64,000 nt of DNA from Mytilus californianus (taxonomy: Eukaryota): contig NW_026262701.1 in NCBI RefSeq assembly GCF_021869535.1, positions 71,796,001-71,860,000 on the forward strand, given 5' to 3'. Position 1 is the first letter of the stretch. Each line of letters starts with the position of its first letter. Shown piece by piece: positions 60,841 to 64,000 of the stretch. The notes beneath the pieces were generated by a model that saw only the letters and a program-made list of their open reading frames with translations, made no database searches and was not told the origin of the DNA. A program made the translations under genes and the position numbers.

Positions 60841-62000
60841 TAAAATGAGATATAGAATTGGAAACATGTCCCATACAGGAGAAGATATTAAATACGGACA
60901 AAATTACAGTACGAGTATTCAAGATCCCATCCAATACCAGACCAATGAATGATTTTGCCTTTCCATGCTTTCCTGAATTACCTTGCTTTATTATGTCAAG
61001 TCAACTTCATGTTAATAAATAAAAGGAGGGACTAAGACGAAAAAGTTTCTGAGTGTTCATCTGACTATATACATGAATGCATGTACACCAACACTAAAAA
61101 TACATGTACATATAATTATTGCCAATGATCTTCCAGAACTTTGTCCAAATACATGTATTCCATACTGTAAAACCAAATGATAAACCAAAACCACAGGTAC
61201 CCCAAATTGTGCATTAGAATTATTTTGAGAATGATCTGGAACTTTTAGGAGGCATCTATAATAACAACTTAATAAAATTGAGGTGTAAGAAAACACATAT
61301 GAGAATATCCAAATGCAAATAAATATTGCATCAAAAATGACCAAGTTGGCCTTAAAATACCACACCTTTCCCATACATTAACAACCACATCTTACTGAAA
61401 AGTATAAAACAGCAAAGCACTCCAAACCTTTTAAGAAAGCTAAAACTTGTACGATCCATAGTTTACCCTAAAAGACCAAAATAGGGGTCAGACCTATAAT
61501 CGGACAGTACTTTAGTCCTGGCAACAGTGTCAGTCCTAGTCTACAATCTGACAGCCTGTTGGTCAGACAGTCCTGTAATCTGACAGCCCAATAGATCCTG
61601 ACTTGAAGTCAATTTTGTCTCTGAAAAAATATACCTATAGACATGTAGCACAATTAGAACAAGTATACAAATGTTATACTGGCGATATTTTCTACTTGCC
61701 AAACTAGTGTACTATATTCATGATGATATGTCTCCAAGTTTATTAATTTAATTAATTCAATAGATCCTGAAAGGTAATAATTTAGTATCAAATATTTTTA
61801 CTTATATTGTAAAGTTAGTTTTGGAAAACCGTTTTGATATAGTCTTTACTTTTACAAATTGTGACTTGGATGGAGAGTTGTCTCATTGGCACTCATACTA
61901 CATATATCTATTTACAACATGTACAAGGGACACACTGGTCCCTAGCCCGTCACTGTCTACAGGGGACACACATGTCTCCAGTGCTGCCAACAGTACTAGG

Positions 62001-62095
62001 GGAACCGTAGCTCATAGGTCCATATGATATTTTTTGACAATTTGGGGTCCGAAAATTGTTAAAATATCATATAAAGACCTATGAGCCATGGTTCC
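62001..62095. other. ~95-nt imperfect hairpin
   Basis: GGAACCGTAGCTCATAGGTC-C-ATATGATAT-TTTTT-GACAATTT pairs with AAAATTGTT-AAA-ATATCATAT-AAA-GACCTATGAGCCATGGTTCC around a short GC-rich loop. Confidence 0.75.
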
Positions 62096-64000
62096 GCAGC
62101 TATGTCAACGCATTCAACTCTGTCTCTGACCAGGATTATGAAAGGATTGCACATAACGAAAAAATGTCACAAATGTACCAAAAAATTACAATTGATATAC
62201 GTGATTTTAACTATTTTTTAATATTTTTGAAATTATGTTGTTTGTTACAAATTTTGGTATTTTTGGGTGTTTTGGGGAATATTCAATGACAATGACAATG
62301 TCCCAGGTTAGCTACGGTAATTTTTAGTCAACTGTCTTACAAAAATAGGATTAAAACATGTAGTTAAAGATTGGAGAAGTAGGCAAAGGGATTTGGGTGT
62401 CTTGCAAAAACGAATGTGAAGAAATAGAGTTTTGACTTACGAAAAAAATACGTTTGTGTAGAAAATAGTTGTCCCCCTTTATGCACACATTCTGATGACG
62501 TAGAGCGCTGTCTAAGGACGCATTCTACAAGCAGAAACAGGTGAATGTGGATAATTATAGCATTCGATAAGCAAATAGTGTTTATATATAGTCAGGTAGC
62601 TTTTAATGCCTTATGCTTCTGAAATATAACTTTTTTGAGATGACATGTTGTCGTTTGTAAATTGAGATAATGAGAAGAATCAGAAATGTGTCAAAACTTG
62701 AATTGGTTCAATGGTTGTCACAACTTGACACAAGGATTTATAACTTAATCTAAATTAGATTAAAGAAATATTCTGTCCCCCCCCTATGGAAGACATAAGA
62801 TGTAAAAAAAAAAAAACCATGGAAATATTTTTCACCATTACCAAAATTTTCTGGAATTCCAGATTTTAAACGCATTATAAAACTTAAATATACTGGAATT
62901 TTTTTAATGATGCTGTCAATTTGTCTGGAAATTTTAGTGTAAAGATTAGAAGCAATACCTATGGAAGACATCGATTTTATTTCTTTTGTCTGGAATTTAT
63001 CTGTTTTTTTTCTAAATGTGCCAAAAAAACTGGAATTTTATACTTAGTAACATATATGCAGCCGTAATCAAAAGAAGTGTGTTTAAAAGTTAAGCGCAAA
63101 CAAATCCCTGACTAGAAGAACTGTTAGCCAATATCTTTACCAGTGTATATAAAGCCTTGTCATTGCAGACAAATACACCACTATCCCAGGAGAATTTGGA
63201 TCCAGCACATACGTTTTTTTAACCTCGCTGCATATATTTTCTATATATATATATAAATCTGTCCCAAGTCAGAAGCCTGTAATTTAAGTGGTTGTTGCTT
63301 ATTACTGTATTTCATATTTGTTTTTCATTTGTTTTGTATATCAATTTGGCCATTAGTGTTTCTCGTCTGTATTGTTTCACACTGGTCATTTTCAGGCCCA
63401 TTCTAGCTTATTATGCTGTGCGAGCCTAGGCTCCATGTTGAAGGCTGTACTTATAGGTTTCATATAACAAATGAGAATTGAAATTATATCGCTTGATTTC
63501 AACTGGAGTTATTTAATTTCAATATAATAATAAACTAGCCTGTGGCAAGTTTATTATTAGTAAATAAATTAAATAACAAGAGTTGATATCAACATGATCA
63601 AGCGATATCCAATTTTCTCAAGTTGTTAAACCTATTTCTCTTATGGTCAACACTCTCAAAGTGTAAAATTAAAAATATATAGTTTTACATTATTACAAAT
63701 TTTTAATGTTAATTAGGTGAAAATGTCTAAACAATGGGATTAAAAGCACAAACAGCAAGTTAATAGCTGGTAAGAATGCATATGGGAAAATTAATAGAGA
63801 GATAATTGATTTGACCACTATTAGATACATTTACAACTGTTGTTTTACCACATCAAAAGATTCTGACATCTGACTTGTGATATAAATAGGCAAGTTGAAA
63901 ACTTGACCTTCATCTAAATTTCCAGGATTTGATCATATATAATTAATGAAGCTTGAAATAGTGACCATGGTGACCTTTTTAGCAGCTCATCCCTATATAT

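Noticed and set aside
61821-62289. ORFs 61821..62027 and 62056..62289
   Set aside because: The first begins in a family A repeat and both overlap the hairpin; no recognisable domain.
1-64000. CRISPR arrays, tRNA/rRNA genes, autonomous transposons, viral or bacterial inserts
   Set aside because: I saw no repeat-spacer array, cloverleaf or rRNA signature, no long intronless ORF apart from NHLH and the NKAPD1 last exon, and no compositional island.

Overview
AT-rich eukaryotic genomic DNA with GT-AG introns. The repeat content and gene sequences look like a bivalve mollusc, most likely Mytilus (inference, not database-checked). Four protein-coding genes were assembled by hand with phase-consistent splice sites. 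(1) A bestrophin chloride channel on the - strand: four coding exons covering residues 1-212, running off the left edge. (2) A single-coding-exon NHLH/NSCL/HEN bHLH gene on the - strand, 147 aa. (3) A complete 7-exon RSPH1 (MORN-repeat radial spoke head protein) on the + strand, 307 aa. (4) A complete 4-coding-exon NKAPD1/C11orf57-like gene on the - strand, 334 aa. The rest is intron and intergenic DNA crowded with non-autonomous elements: HINE/pearl-like elements, TIR MITEs (some nested), SINE-like fragments, modular dispersed repeats and several long hairpins. I found no transposase or reverse-transcriptase ORF, tRNA, rRNA or CRISPR array, and no clearly new multi-gene system. The best leads are an RFX+forkhead promoter module at RSPH1, a CCAAT/bZIP/YY1 promoter with a minimal uORF at NKAPD1, nested insertions, near-perfect hairpins and an isolated miR-124-like 17-mer. 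Gene names and comparisons to human proteins come from recall, not from a search. Repeat boundaries are approximate to about 10-20 bp unless TIR or TSD positions are given.
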